From a bacterium (GTDB lineage: Bacteria > UBP4 > UBA4092 > JAOAEQ01): a DNA stretch of 55,311 nucleotides. Below, piece after piece: positions 1 to 8,809 of this stretch; the first letter of the stretch is position 1, and each line of letters opens with the position of its first letter. The stretch covers positions 1-55,311 of the forward strand of contig JBHGBB010000001.1 in assembly GCA_041946755.1 (NCBI GenBank). Direction: 5' to 3'. The position numbers and the translations under genes are program-made. Under the pieces are notes generated by a model. It did not search any database. It was given only the letters and a program-made list of their open reading frames with translations, and had not been told where the DNA came from.

Positions 1-2
1 TG

Positions 3-479
3 CAGCAGGAAAGTATCCAGAAAATCGATACCGCCCGAACTCCGGTACGCTGGGGTAGTTTTGAAGCAGAATTTACTCGCGTTCGCATCTTCGATGCCCA
101 ACAGCAAGAACGATATATTTTCTTACCGGGAGAGCAGATTGAAATCGAATTGGAATATATCGCCCATCGACCGATACCGAATCCTTATTTCGGAATTGGT
201 ATCGATACCGAAGATAAAATATATATTACCGGTGGAAATACCAAAATTAAAAATATGCCTGTCGGAACTATTTCCGGTAAAGGAAAACTACGAATAGTTT
301 ATCCCAAGCTTAATGTGACTGGTGGAAAATTTCTGGTTACTGCAGGTATATTCCGCGATCCGGATAACCAGGATTCGGCGTATGACTATTATATGAATTG
401 CGCTTCGTTTTTTGTTGATAGTTCTGAATTAAGAGATGAAGGAGTAGTGTTCAGTCCACAAACCTGGGAATTTAAATAG
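3..479 (+). CDS. ABC exporter ATP-binding protein, C-terminal Wzt_C-like carbohydrate-binding domain (5' end cut by window edge)
   Basis: Frame 3 is open from the window edge (QQESIQKIDTARTPVRWGSFEAEFTRVRIFDAQQQERYIFLPGEQIEIELEYIAHRP...). The RWGS..EA.I..V.I.D....F..GE.I.I.IEY pattern is typical of Wzt/TagH C-terminal domains. The M at 150 in the track is internal. Confidence 0.6.
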   Translation, partial: QQESIQKIDTARTPVRWGSFEAEFTRVRIFDAQQQERYIFLPGEQIEIELEYIAHRPIPNPYFGIGIDTEDKIYITGGNTKIKNMPVGTISGKGKLRIVYPKLNVTGGKFLVTAGIFRDPDNQDSAYDYYMNCASFFVDSSELRDEGVVFSPQTWEFK

Positions 480-736
480 AGTCTTGATTCTTAGCCCTAA
501 TTTCTCACCTATTTTCCAATCACAATATTGTATTTCGAGATACAATTTTGAACTCGATTTATCCTACCTGAATTAATAGATTATTTATAGTATCTTTTTA
601 TACCTTTGATTCTATTGGCATTATATATTAACTGTTATTATTACCTGATATTGCCTTATTTGGCATATATTGTGCTTTTTATTAATGCCGTAGCTTGTTT
701 GGAAGTAATTCAATATTTATGTGAAGGAGATAAAAT

Positions 737-913
737 ATGGATAAATTATTAACTACTAAAGAAGCAGCGGAATATCTGCGATTCAATCCACGATATCTAA
801 CTCGATTGGTTCGAGAAGGAAAGGTTCCCGCCCGGAAAATAGGTCATGAATGGCGATTTAAAATTGATGTTCTTGAAAAATGGGCTTGGACTGATCGACC
901 GTCAGATAATTAA
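737..913 (+). CDS. small helix-turn-helix DNA-binding protein (excisionase/MerR-superfamily HTH), 58 aa, below the ORF-track cutoff
   Basis: ATG at 737 follows GAAGGAGA. MDKLLTTKEAAEYLRFNPRYLTRLVREGKVPARKIGHEWRFKIDVLEKWAW fits the T.EAA.YL......L.R......P..K.G..WRF HTH pattern. TAA at 911-913, with a hairpin terminator downstream. Confidence 0.7.
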   Translation: MDKLLTTKEAAEYLRFNPRYLTRLVREGKVPARKIGHEWRFKIDVLEKWAWTDRPSDN

Positions 914-958
914 AAAAGAATATTGGCTATTGTGTGGAATGAGAGTATTTCGATTGCC

Positions 959-993
959 AAAAAAAACCGCCTTAGTTTCTCAGGCGGTTTTTT
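959..993. terminator. bidirectional intrinsic terminator
   Basis: A-run (959-966), stem AACCGCC (965-971) / GGCGGTT (983-989), T-run (988-993). Usable by the plus-strand HTH gene and by the minus-strand mini-unit. Confidence 0.7.
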
Positions 994-1035
994 ATACGAC
1001 TTAGATTAGAACTTATTTAATAGAAGTGTTCGATA

Positions 1036-1145
1036 TCACTTATTTCTTTTTTGCTTTTTTCTTTGCTTTCTTTTTCGCTGCCAAGGCGGACCGCCTCCTT
1101 TCATTTAGCTATTAAAATATTAGACGTAATTAAATAGCTTGTCAA
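1036..1145 (-). other. orphan mini transcription unit: consensus promoter plus a tiny lysine/arginine-rich ORF (14 aa from TTG 1084, or 22 aa from ATG 1104)
   Basis: On the minus strand: TTGACA (1145-1140), 17-nt spacer, TAATAT (1122-1117). Then ATGAAAGGAGGCGGTCCGCC-TTG. AAAGGAGG precedes TTG GCA GCG AAA AAG AAA GCA AAG AAA AAA GCA AAA AAG AAA TAA (1084-1040). The alternative frame gives MKGGGPPWQRKRKQRKKQKRNK (1104-1036). The unit ends at terminator 993-959. Confidence 0.35.
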
Positions 1146-1453
1146 GTAAAAAATGATTTAATCGGTGGAAATATTTTATTTATTTTTTTACCGGCAATTT
1201 CGATTTTTAGACGTTTTTGTTTATGAAATCCCGCTAATCCGCTCTGGATAAGGTTTTAAAAGCATTTTTATTCTTAACCTGCATCTTATTTCTCATTTCA
1301 TACATTATTAACGAAATAATATTTTTATAAATTATTTTATAAAATATTATTTTTTATTCTTTTATTCTTTTCTAATTATTCTCGCTAATAGGATCTTAAT
1401 TTGATACTTGATATTTTGGTAAGAATATTACCTTGCGGAAGATGATTCTTAAG

Positions 1454-1729
1454 TTAGCCCATAAAACTGGCCAATAGACTAATGATAATCCAGCGTAAAA
1501 CGGAGAGTAATAGAATCGCAATGATCGGTGAGAAATCAAACATCCCTGCTTGAAGAGGGACCAATCGTCGGATAAAATTCAGAAAGGGATCAGTAACTCG
1601 GCTTATCCAGCGTACAACCGGATTCCAGGGATTAGGATTCGTCCAGGATAATATGATGCGTATCAAAAAAATAAAAAGATAAATATTATATGCGAGACTA
1701 ACGATAGCTATGAGTTTCGGAATCAGCAT
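1454..1729 (-). CDS. yggT: YggT family membrane protein
   Basis: ILSWTNPNPWNPVVRWISRVTDPFLNFIRRLVP...FDFSPIIAILLL is the YggT signature. I chose ATG 1729 (MLIPKL) because the longer track start overlaps the upstream gene. Confidence 0.8.
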   Translation of the reverse strand: MLIPKLIAIVSLAYNIYLFIFLIRIILSWTNPNPWNPVVRWISRVTDPFLNFIRRLVPLQAGMFDFSPIIAILLLSVLRWIIISLLASFMG

Positions 1730-1736
1730 GATTAAA

Positions 1737-2735
1737 TTATAGTTTAATTTCCTTTTTCTCTTTTGCAGCACGATGTATTGCTTCAACGATTTTAGTTACA
1801 TAGGCTGCTTCTTCCAATTTAACCAGCGGATCAGTATCCAGCCGGATGTTATCGATAAACGCATCAACCATTTCCCGGCTATGCCCAAAAGGTTTTTGAT
1901 GTATCGGTCGGGCAACCGTTCCCGGATGAGTATAGGTTTTTGTCATCTTATGCACCATCTGATCTCGGAGGTCGATCGACATTGCTCCTTTTGTTCCGAT
2001 AAGCTCATATCGGAAATCATAAATGAGCGGCATACTCTCTGGATATATCCAACAGGAACGAAATGTACCTGCAGTTCCATCTGTAAAGGTTAAGGTGGTT
2101 ATCAGCCAATCATAAGTATCGATCCCAATATTTTTCAGTACTTTTTTCTGACCGACGGTATATACCGTAGCAACTTTTTTGCTTGTCAACCATAACGCCA
2201 TATCAATACAATGCGAAATCAAAAACCAGCCGGGAGTAGTATATTTCGCCCAACTTAACATTTTCGTTGGTACCCAAATAGTATCGTTCATGCAGGTATC
2301 GATATTGGTTATCGTACCTAATTCACCACGGTCGATTGCCTCTTTCGCTTCCAGAAATGGTGCATTCCATCGATTACCGAAAAGCACCATACATTTAACT
2401 CCGGCTTTTTTTATCGCAGCTACTATCGTATCCGCATCGCAGGTAGAAGTAGCCAATGGTTTTTCAACGGCAATATGCAATCCTGCCTGAGCCGCTAAAA
2501 GTACCGGTTCCCGATGCAGATGGTCGGGAGTAGCAACGATGATGGCATCTAATTGCTCCCGACGTATCATTTCACGATAATCAGAATAGGTAGCTACCTT
2601 AAGTTTTTTCGCTACATTCCGCGATTGCTGATTTATCTCTGATATTGCTACTACTTGCGCATAAACATTATGCTGAATTATTGCGGTAAAAGATTTTCCC
2701 CGAATCCCATAACCGATTAAACCAAACCGTAACAT
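1737..2735 (-). CDS. Gfo/Idh/MocA family NAD(P)-dependent oxidoreductase
   Basis: N-terminal Rossmann segment MLRFGLIGYGIRGK, EKPLA motif (AVEKPLATS), 332 aa. Confidence 0.8.
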   Translation of the reverse strand: MLRFGLIGYGIRGKSFTAIIQHNVYAQVVAISEINQQSRNVAKKLKVATYSDYREMIRREQLDAIIVATPDHLHREPVLLAAQAGLHIAVEKPLATSTCDADTIVAAIKKAGVKCMVLFGNRWNAPFLEAKEAIDRGELGTITNIDTCMNDTIWVPTKMLSWAKYTTPGWFLISHCIDMALWLTSKKVATVYTVGQKKVLKNIGIDTYDWLITTLTFTDGTAGTFRSCWIYPESMPLIYDFRYELIGTKGAMSIDLRDQMVHKMTKTYTHPGTVARPIHQKPFGHSREMVDAFIDNIRLDTDPLVKLEEAAYVTKIVEAIHRAAKEKKEIKL

Positions 2736-3037
2736 AAGGTAATCTCCCCAAATTTTATCGTATAATAACTGTCTCTTATAGATTATAGCGATTTCTTTCA
2801 GATTCCGTCAAGTAATACATAACCACCATTCTATCTTTTATTACTCGTAGTGATGTTCGATGGAATCACATTATGCTATTTAGAATATGATTAACTATAT
2901 TTATCTTTACGTGTAATACATAGTAATAATATTAAACCTAAATATGGAGAAATAGCGTTAATCAATGGAGATATGGGTACAACTAAGGTAGCGGATTGGA
3001 CTTACTATCTACATTAAGCTTCGAATAAAATGCGTTC

Positions 3038-3124
3038 TGGTGCCGAAGCGGGGATTTGAACCCCGACGAGGTTGCCCCCACTAGACCCTGAATCTAGCGC
3101 GTCTGCCAATTCCGCCACTTCGGC
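3038..3124 (-). tRNA. tRNA-Leu (anticodon CAG), class II with long variable arm, CCA encoded
   Basis: The reverse complement reads GCCGAAGTGGCGGAATTGGCAGACGCGCTAGATTCAGGGTCTAGTGGGGGCAACCTCGTCGGGGTTCAAATCCCCGCTTCGGCACCA. The 7-bp acceptor stem pairs. Anticodon stem CTAGA/TCTAG with loop TTCAGGG; T-arm CGGGG-TTCAAAT-CCCCG. Confidence 0.93.
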
Positions 3125-3321
3125 ATCTTATGAACCCTAGATATTAATAGGAAAATAAGTATATTCTAGAAATTTCTATCTATAAAAAATATCAGAAGAT
3201 GATAGAAGTGTCAAGTATCTTTATTTTAATGCACTTCGATACACACCTTAAAAATCGACAAAATTTCATTTTTTTATTGACAAGTTCAGCAAATCAAGGT
3301 AATTTATGGTAAAATATCATC

Positions 3322-3789
3322 GTGGGAGAGCAGGGATTTATTGAACGGATAATAACTGAGCATCGTCGGGCACGGCACGAATATCATATTCTAGAGACAA
3401 TCGAATGTGGGTTAGTTTTAACCGGCGGTGAAGTAAAATCGATTCGGGATGGAGCAATCAGCCTCGCAGATGGTTATGCTATTATTAAGAGTACCGAAGT
3501 TTTTTTGTTAAATGTACATATTGCACCATATAATCCTGCAAGCCGAACAAATCCGAATCCGCGTAGAACCAGAAAATTATTGCTCCATAAAAGAGAGATA
3601 TTTCGACTGCAAGGAAAACTGAACGCCGGAAATTTAACGTTAATCCCCTTGCGAGTTTACCTTAAATCAGGTAAAATAAAGATAGAAGTTGCATTAGTAA
3701 AAGGTAAAAAACTATACGATAAACGTGCTGCGATTAAACAACGGGAATTAGAACGGGAAAAGCAATCAGCGTTACGTTTATCTCGATAA
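3322..3789 (+). CDS. smpB: SsrA-binding protein SmpB
   Basis: HRRARHEYHILE, RTRKLLLHKREI and KGKKLYDKR motifs. GTG start; lies immediately upstream of tmRNA. Confidence 0.92.
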   Translation: MGEQGFIERIITEHRRARHEYHILETIECGLVLTGGEVKSIRDGAISLADGYAIIKSTEVFLLNVHIAPYNPASRTNPNPRRTRKLLLHKREIFRLQGKLNAGNLTLIPLRVYLKSGKIKIEVALVKGKKLYDKRAAIKQRELEREKQSALRLSR

Positions 3790-3824
3790 GAATTTATTAA
3801 TAAACAGTATCGCCGCTAATTCGA

Positions 3825-4176
3825 GGGGGCGAATTGGGTTCGACAGTAATCGAGGGTGTATAAGTGGCGTGTCGAGTTCTCTACCAGCTCGTTAAAACGG
3901 TGGAACAACATAGTCGCAAATCAAGAACTTGCATTAGCTGCCTAATTGAGTAGCTACGTCTTTCCGAGTTTACCTATCGACTTGGAAAAGGCGTCAAATA
4001 GATAGGAGTAGTAATTAATCTCTGCTCGAAGGATTAATTGCCAAATAATATTCGAGCTAGCATCAATCGAACCCGCCTGAGGTGCAGATTGATGTGAACT
4101 CAAATTTCAGGATACACACGTAGACATTTAGCATACTGGTTATTGGACGCGGGTTCAATTCCCGCCGCCTCCACCA
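3825..4176 (+). ncRNA. ssrA: transfer-messenger RNA (tmRNA, ssrA); tag reading frame 3916-3945 encodes ANQELALAA*
   Basis: 5' GGGGGCG pairs with 3' CGCCTCC-ACCA, including the G3:U pair. The T-arm is GCGGGTTCAATTCCCGC. The resume codon GCA is followed by AAT CAA GAA CTT GCA TTA GCT GCC TAA. Confidence 0.93.
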
Positions 4177-4220
4177 TAACATCAACAGGGTAACCGATTT
4201 CATATATTTACGGAGGAATA

Positions 4221-4934
4221 ATGGCAAATATTATTGACCAAAATCAATTAATCGAATTACTCCTGGAAGAAAAACTGCTTAATAAACGGCAACTCAAAAA
4301 TGCTCTAGCGGAACAAGAGAAAAGTAATAAAACACTTTCTCAAGTTTTAATTGACCAGAAACTGGTGACGAAAGGTATCCTTGCTGAACTAGAGGCTCGA
4401 ATTATGGGAGTTGAACAGGTTCGATTACTTGATCAACAATTAGATCCTGCGATTCTTAATCTTATTCCTCGACGCATGGCAGAACAATATCGCGCGGTCC
4501 CGATTCGATTATCCGGCGATGAGTTGCAGATCGCCATGGAAAATCCGACCGATGTTTTAGCGATCGATGATATTAAATTACATACCGGGAAAACCATTCG
4601 ACCAGTACTTTGTTCAAATAAAGATATCGATTTTGCATTAAAACATTATCCGGAAAGTGGCGAGATTACTCTGGCCGTCAAACGTTCACGACCGAAAGGG
4701 ATCCTAATCATAGCACAAGTGGTTCTGGGCCTGTTAATGATTATTCCGTTTATTATTATTGGTTGGTTGATTAGTGCCAATGCAAATATCGCGAAATGGA
4801 TTTCTGATTATAATAATTTATTTATTGTATTACTCTGGTGGGGATTCTACAGTATTATCCTCTATTGGGGTTATGGCATTTTCTTCGAAGAGAAAACCGA
4901 AAAACCGAAACCGAGTGAACCGGATGAACCATAA
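4221..4934 (+). CDS. membrane protein with N-terminal T2SS-E/MshEN-like (GspE_N) domain and C-terminal TM helices
   Basis: LIELLLEEKLLNKRQLKNALAEQ...LSQVLIDQKLVTKGILAELEA...IPRRMAEQYRAVPIRLSGDELQIAMENPTDVLAIDDIKLHTGKTIRPVL matches the GspE N-terminal fold pattern. The C-terminus has hydrophobic segments (ILIIAQVVLGLLMIIPFIIIGWLI, LFIVLLWWGFYSIILYWGYGIFF). Confidence 0.55.
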   Translation: MANIIDQNQLIELLLEEKLLNKRQLKNALAEQEKSNKTLSQVLIDQKLVTKGILAELEARIMGVEQVRLLDQQLDPAILNLIPRRMAEQYRAVPIRLSGDELQIAMENPTDVLAIDDIKLHTGKTIRPVLCSNKDIDFALKHYPESGEITLAVKRSRPKGILIIAQVVLGLLMIIPFIIIGWLISANANIAKWISDYNNLFIVLLWWGFYSIILYWGYGIFFEEKTEKPKPSEPDEP

Positions 4935-5012
4935 TCTGGATAGCAGTGTGCCGTATATACTCAGGTTAGTAGTTACCTTCCCCAGTCACCTAATTACCTT
5001 AACAGTATAACC

Positions 5013-6878
5013 ATGTTACCACATCGATTATTTGAAGAAGATTGGTTCGTTAAACGATACCGATTCATCATTGGATTAGTATTATTTTTTCTATTCCTAT
5101 TACTCCTTCGAGCATTCCAGCTTCAAATCTGGCAAGGGAAAGAATATCAACTACGCTCCGAAAATAATCGGGTTAAATTAATCAAAACCGGTGCGGCGCG
5201 CGGTATCATTTTTGATCGTAAAGGAGAACCACTGGCTACTAATCGCCGAGTATTTTCAGTGTTCGTCGATGCGACTGGTGTTGATGAAAGGCATATTCAT
5301 CATTCGGTTCATCTTTTAGCAAAAATTCTTAATGTTGAGCCGGATTCGTTAATCTCACAGCTTACTACGGCACGAAACCGACTCATTCGAAAACCATTAA
5401 AGATCGCGGAAGATGTTGATTTCCCGATTATAACCGCTATTCGAGAACAAACATTGGATTTACCGGGAGTATATGTAAAAGATGAATTCCGGCGATATTA
5501 TATTGAGAATAATCTAGCGCCACATGTATTGGGATATCTAGGCAGAATCAGTGGCGATGAAATGGATGAACCTGAATATGAGCAATATGATATCGACGAA
5601 TATATTGGTAAAGCAGGTTTAGAAAAAGTATATGAACCTATTCTCCATGGGACCAGCGGTGGCTGGGCGATTGAAGTCGATGTATATGGAAATAAACGCC
5701 GGGAATTGGGTACTGTCGAATCTATCGCCGGAAATAGTTTGGTTCTGAACCTGGATGCCAAACTTCAGAAGAAAGCCAATGAATTACTTACTGGAAAAAA
5801 AGGAACGATTATTGCCATGAATCCGAATACCGGAGCGATTCTGGCTTATATCAACAAACCTGATTTCGATCCCAATCAACTTACCGGAATTGTTCCTGCT
5901 AGCGTATGGAATAATATTTATTTCGATCCGAATAGTCCCTTGCAAAATCGTGCGATAACAGGTTTATATCCACCTGGATCGGTATTTAAGATTATTACCG
6001 CACTGGCTGCATTGGAAAAGAACGCGATTGAACCGACAACGCGATTTTATTGTTCTGGCGCGATGCATTTGGGTAATTGGACGTTTAACTGCTGGAAAAA
6101 AGAAGGGCATGGTTCGGTAGATTTAGTTACCGCAATTACTCATTCCTGTAATGTATATTTTTATAACGCTGCATTAAAAACCGATATCGACCCAATGGAA
6201 CAGATGGCGCATGAGTTTGGATTGGGTTCTCCAACTGGTATAGAGTTACTCGGTGAAAAAAGCGGGTTAGTCCCATCGCGTGCAATAAAGAAAAAATTAC
6301 TCCATGATAAATGGTATCCCGGAGATACCGCGCAAACCGGTATCGGTCAAGGTTTACTTTTAGTAACCCCATTACAAATGTTAAATGTCGTTTGTACCGT
6401 TGCCAATGGCGGAACGGTATATAAGCCCTATTTGGTGCAAGCGATTGAAACGAATGACGGAAAAGTAATCCAGCAATTTTATCCGGAACCGGTACATCAA
6501 CTGCCGGTTACTCCAGAAAACATCCAAATTATACGTAAAGGGATGTGGGGAGTGGTGAATGCACCGGGCGGAACCGCTGGCTTAGCTCGATTACCGAAAA
6601 TCGAACTAGCCGGGAAAACCGGTACTGCAGAAAATCCGCATGGTAGAACCCATGCCTGGTTCTGCGGATATGGTCCTTTCGAAAAACCGGAAATAGCGGT
6701 AATCGTTATGGTTGAAGAAGGAGGTTTTGGTGGTACTACCGCTGCCCCGCTGGCTAAACAGTTATTCAACTCCTATTTCAATCCTGGACCAGAACAGCCG
6801 TCAACACCGCCGCAGAAACCTTTTCCGCAAAAGAAACCGATTGGACCAGCTCCGGTAGTATCGATTACAACTACCTAA
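5013..6878 (+). CDS. mrdA: penicillin-binding protein 2 (elongasome transpeptidase)
   Basis: N-terminal TM helix, SVFK (SxxK), SCN (SxN) and KTGTA motifs, 621 aa; proline-rich C-terminal tail. Confidence 0.88.
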   Translation: MLPHRLFEEDWFVKRYRFIIGLVLFFLFLLLLRAFQLQIWQGKEYQLRSENNRVKLIKTGAARGIIFDRKGEPLATNRRVFSVFVDATGVDERHIHHSVHLLAKILNVEPDSLISQLTTARNRLIRKPLKIAEDVDFPIITAIREQTLDLPGVYVKDEFRRYYIENNLAPHVLGYLGRISGDEMDEPEYEQYDIDEYIGKAGLEKVYEPILHGTSGGWAIEVDVYGNKRRELGTVESIAGNSLVLNLDAKLQKKANELLTGKKGTIIAMNPNTGAILAYINKPDFDPNQLTGIVPASVWNNIYFDPNSPLQNRAITGLYPPGSVFKIITALAALEKNAIEPTTRFYCSGAMHLGNWTFNCWKKEGHGSVDLVTAITHSCNVYFYNAALKTDIDPMEQMAHEFGLGSPTGIELLGEKSGLVPSRAIKKKLLHDKWYPGDTAQTGIGQGLLLVTPLQMLNVVCTVANGGTVYKPYLVQAIETNDGKVIQQFYPEPVHQLPVTPENIQIIRKGMWGVVNAPGGTAGLARLPKIELAGKTGTAENPHGRTHAWFCGYGPFEKPEIAVIVMVEEGGFGGTTAAPLAKQLFNSYFNPGPEQPSTPPQKPFPQKKPIGPAPVVSITTT

Positions 6879-6960
6879 GAATGTATCCAGTTCAATAATT
6901 TTGACTTTATCGTAGCATTAAATTCATTATCGGTAAGCATGATTTCAGATTCAGTATTTT

Positions 6961-6990
6961 TTGACAAGCTACCTCAGTTTTCTGTATACT
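6961..6990 (+). promoter_or_regulatory. sigma-70-like promoter upstream of 7020 gene
   Basis: TTGACA (6961-6966), 18-nt spacer, TATACT (6985-6990). Confidence 0.4.
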
Positions 6991-7019
6991 GTATTTCTAT
7001 TTTTATATAGGGGGAATAT

Positions 7020-7598
7020 ATGAAAAACTATTCTTGGTTTAGCGCAATAGCAGTTTTAACCATACTCGCCTTCTTTCTTTCAATTACTTCGATTTGTGCT
7101 GAAGATAAATCTGCAAGTATAACTAATACCAAATCAAAACTAGCAGTAGTCGATTTCACTGTATTTGGTTCGGGAATTGATAAAGATTTAGGAAAAGCCG
7201 TGGCTGAACTAATGCGCAGTTGTTTTGTTGATACCGGAAAATATATTGTCATCGACAAAAATACGATGGATAAAACCATCTTGGAAAAAAGAATCACGGT
7301 TACCGAACAAACCGGAATCGAATTGGGTAAGTTATATAATGCTGATTTTGTGGTGGATGGTAGTATTCTTAAAATCGGACCGTCATACATCATGACTGGA
7401 AAACTAGCTGATGTTAAATCCGGAGAAGTGCTCAGTGGAAAAAATATTTCCGGAAAAGGGGACGATCAACTACCCGATATGGCAAAACAACTGGTCACCC
7501 AACTGATTAGCACCGAAAACACCTATACGGCAAAAACTACCGTCTCGATTATTTCAACTGTTACGGTTACCACCACTATCATCGAAATCAACAAATAA
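7020..7598 (+). CDS. secreted protein with CsgG/LpoB-like fold signature (function unknown)
   Basis: Signal peptide MKNYSWFSAIAVLTILAFFLSITSICA. KLAVVDFTVFG...LGKAVAELMRSCFVDTGKYIVIDKNTMDKILEK...GKLYNADFVVDGSILKIG...MTGKLADVKSGEVL resembles the CsgG/LpoB/FlgO-type periplasmic domain pattern. Confidence 0.4.
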   Translation: MKNYSWFSAIAVLTILAFFLSITSICAEDKSASITNTKSKLAVVDFTVFGSGIDKDLGKAVAELMRSCFVDTGKYIVIDKNTMDKTILEKRITVTEQTGIELGKLYNADFVVDGSILKIGPSYIMTGKLADVKSGEVLSGKNISGKGDDQLPDMAKQLVTQLISTENTYTAKTTVSIISTVTVTTTIIEINK

Positions 7599-7608
7599 TT
7601 TGTTATCT

Positions 7609-8802
7609 ATGGATACTCAACAAATAAAAGAATTGGCGGCAAAATATATTATGAACACCTACGGCATCAGAGATATCGCTCTGGTCCGAGGACAAGGAGT
7701 AAAGGTTTGGGATGCGGAAGGACAAGAATACCTTGATTTCGTTGGCGGAATTGCGGTCAATCTGCTTGGACATTGTCATCCAACGGTAGTAGAAGCTATT
7801 AATCAGCAGGCACAAACCTTGATTCATGTTTCTAATCTCTATTGTATCGAACCGCAGGTAAAACTGGCGGAATTACTCTGCCGGATTTCGTTCGCCGAAA
7901 AATGTTTTTTCTGTAATAGCGGTGCGGAAGCCAATGAAGCGGCAATCAAACTTGCCCGGAAATATGCGAAATTAAATATCGCTCCGGATAAATATGAGAT
8001 TATAACTATGCTCAATTCGTTTCATGGTCGTACCTTAGCAGCAATTACTGCTACCGGGCAGCCGAAGTACCAGCATGGATTTGAACCTTTAGTTCCGGGA
8101 TTTGTTTATGCGACTTTTAACGATTTAGCGAGCGTTAAAGAGAAAATCAATCAACACACCTGTGCGATTATGGTTGAACCGATTCAAGGAGAAAGCGGGG
8201 TCCATCCATCGACTCCGGAATTTCTATCCGGTCTCCGCCAATTATGCACTGAGCATAACTTACTATTAATTTATGACGAAGTCCAATGCGGATTGGGTAG
8301 AGTCGGAAAAATGTTTGGGTATGAACTTTATGGCATTCCGCCGGATATTATGACGTTATCAAAAGGATTAGGAGGCGGAGTCCCGATTGGTGCGACCCTG
8401 GCTACTGATAAAATTGCAGCCGCATTCTCACCGGGAAACCATGCATCAACGTTTGGCGGCAATCCATTAGCCAGCGCTGCAGCGATCGCTGCATTACAAA
8501 CGATTCTGGATCAGAAACTGGCCGAGAATGCTACTAAACAAGGAGCCTATTTCTATCAACAACTACTGGACTTAAAAAAGAAATATGATTTTATTACCGA
8601 TGTACGGGGTAAAGGGCTACTCCTCGGGCTCCAGTTAGATCGGGAAGGAAAACCGTTTGTCGTTAAGTGTGCTGAAAAAGGATTATTGATTAACTGCGCG
8701 GCAGAAAAAGTATTGCGGTTTCTCCCGCCATTAATAATCAATCAACAACATATCGATGAAGCGATATCGATTCTAGACCAAGTCTTTGCGGAGGTTAAGT
8801 AA
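7609..8802 (+). CDS. argD: acetylornithine aminotransferase
   Basis: Class III aminotransferase motifs: FCNSGAEANEAAIKLARKY, LIYDEVQCGLGRVGKMFGYE, SKGLGGG. ATG 7609 preferred over TTG 7600. Confidence 0.88.
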   Translation: MDTQQIKELAAKYIMNTYGIRDIALVRGQGVKVWDAEGQEYLDFVGGIAVNLLGHCHPTVVEAINQQAQTLIHVSNLYCIEPQVKLAELLCRISFAEKCFFCNSGAEANEAAIKLARKYAKLNIAPDKYEIITMLNSFHGRTLAAITATGQPKYQHGFEPLVPGFVYATFNDLASVKEKINQHTCAIMVEPIQGESGVHPSTPEFLSGLRQLCTEHNLLLIYDEVQCGLGRVGKMFGYELYGIPPDIMTLSKGLGGGVPIGATLATDKIAAAFSPGNHASTFGGNPLASAAAIAALQTILDQKLAENATKQGAYFYQQLLDLKKKYDFITDVRGKGLLLGLQLDREGKPFVVKCAEKGLLINCAAEKVLRFLPPLIINQQHIDEAISILDQVFAEVK

Positions 8803-8809
8803 ACAGAAT

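Noticed and set aside
61-297. 78-aa ORF, plus the internal M at 150 of the 109-aa ORF
   Set aside because: ORF 61-297 is in an alternative frame overlapping the Wzt_C-like reading frame, which is open from the window edge. The M at 150 is an internal residue of that truncated gene.
660-675. Sigma-54-like -24/-12 element TTGGCATATATTGTGC upstream of the small HTH gene
   Set aside because: The GG-N10-GC spacing fits, but the context is AT-rich and a near-duplicate (615-630) lacks the GC. No rpoN or enhancer-binding protein is visible, so I cannot support it.
1146-1453. About 300 nt of extremely AT-rich, ORF-free DNA, checked for known small RNAs (6S, SRP, RNase P)
   Set aside because: No conserved motifs of those RNAs are present (for example GAGGAAAGUCC) and there is no convincing long-range pairing. 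It is probably a spacer or promoter-like AT tract.
2769-2780. CTGTCTCTTATA, a 12-nt match to the Tn5/Nextera mosaic end
   Set aside because: The match stops after 12 nt (GATTAT follows instead of CACATCT) and the sequence continues into a normal promoter region. It is probably chance rather than adapter contamination or a chimeric join. Read-level inspection could confirm this.
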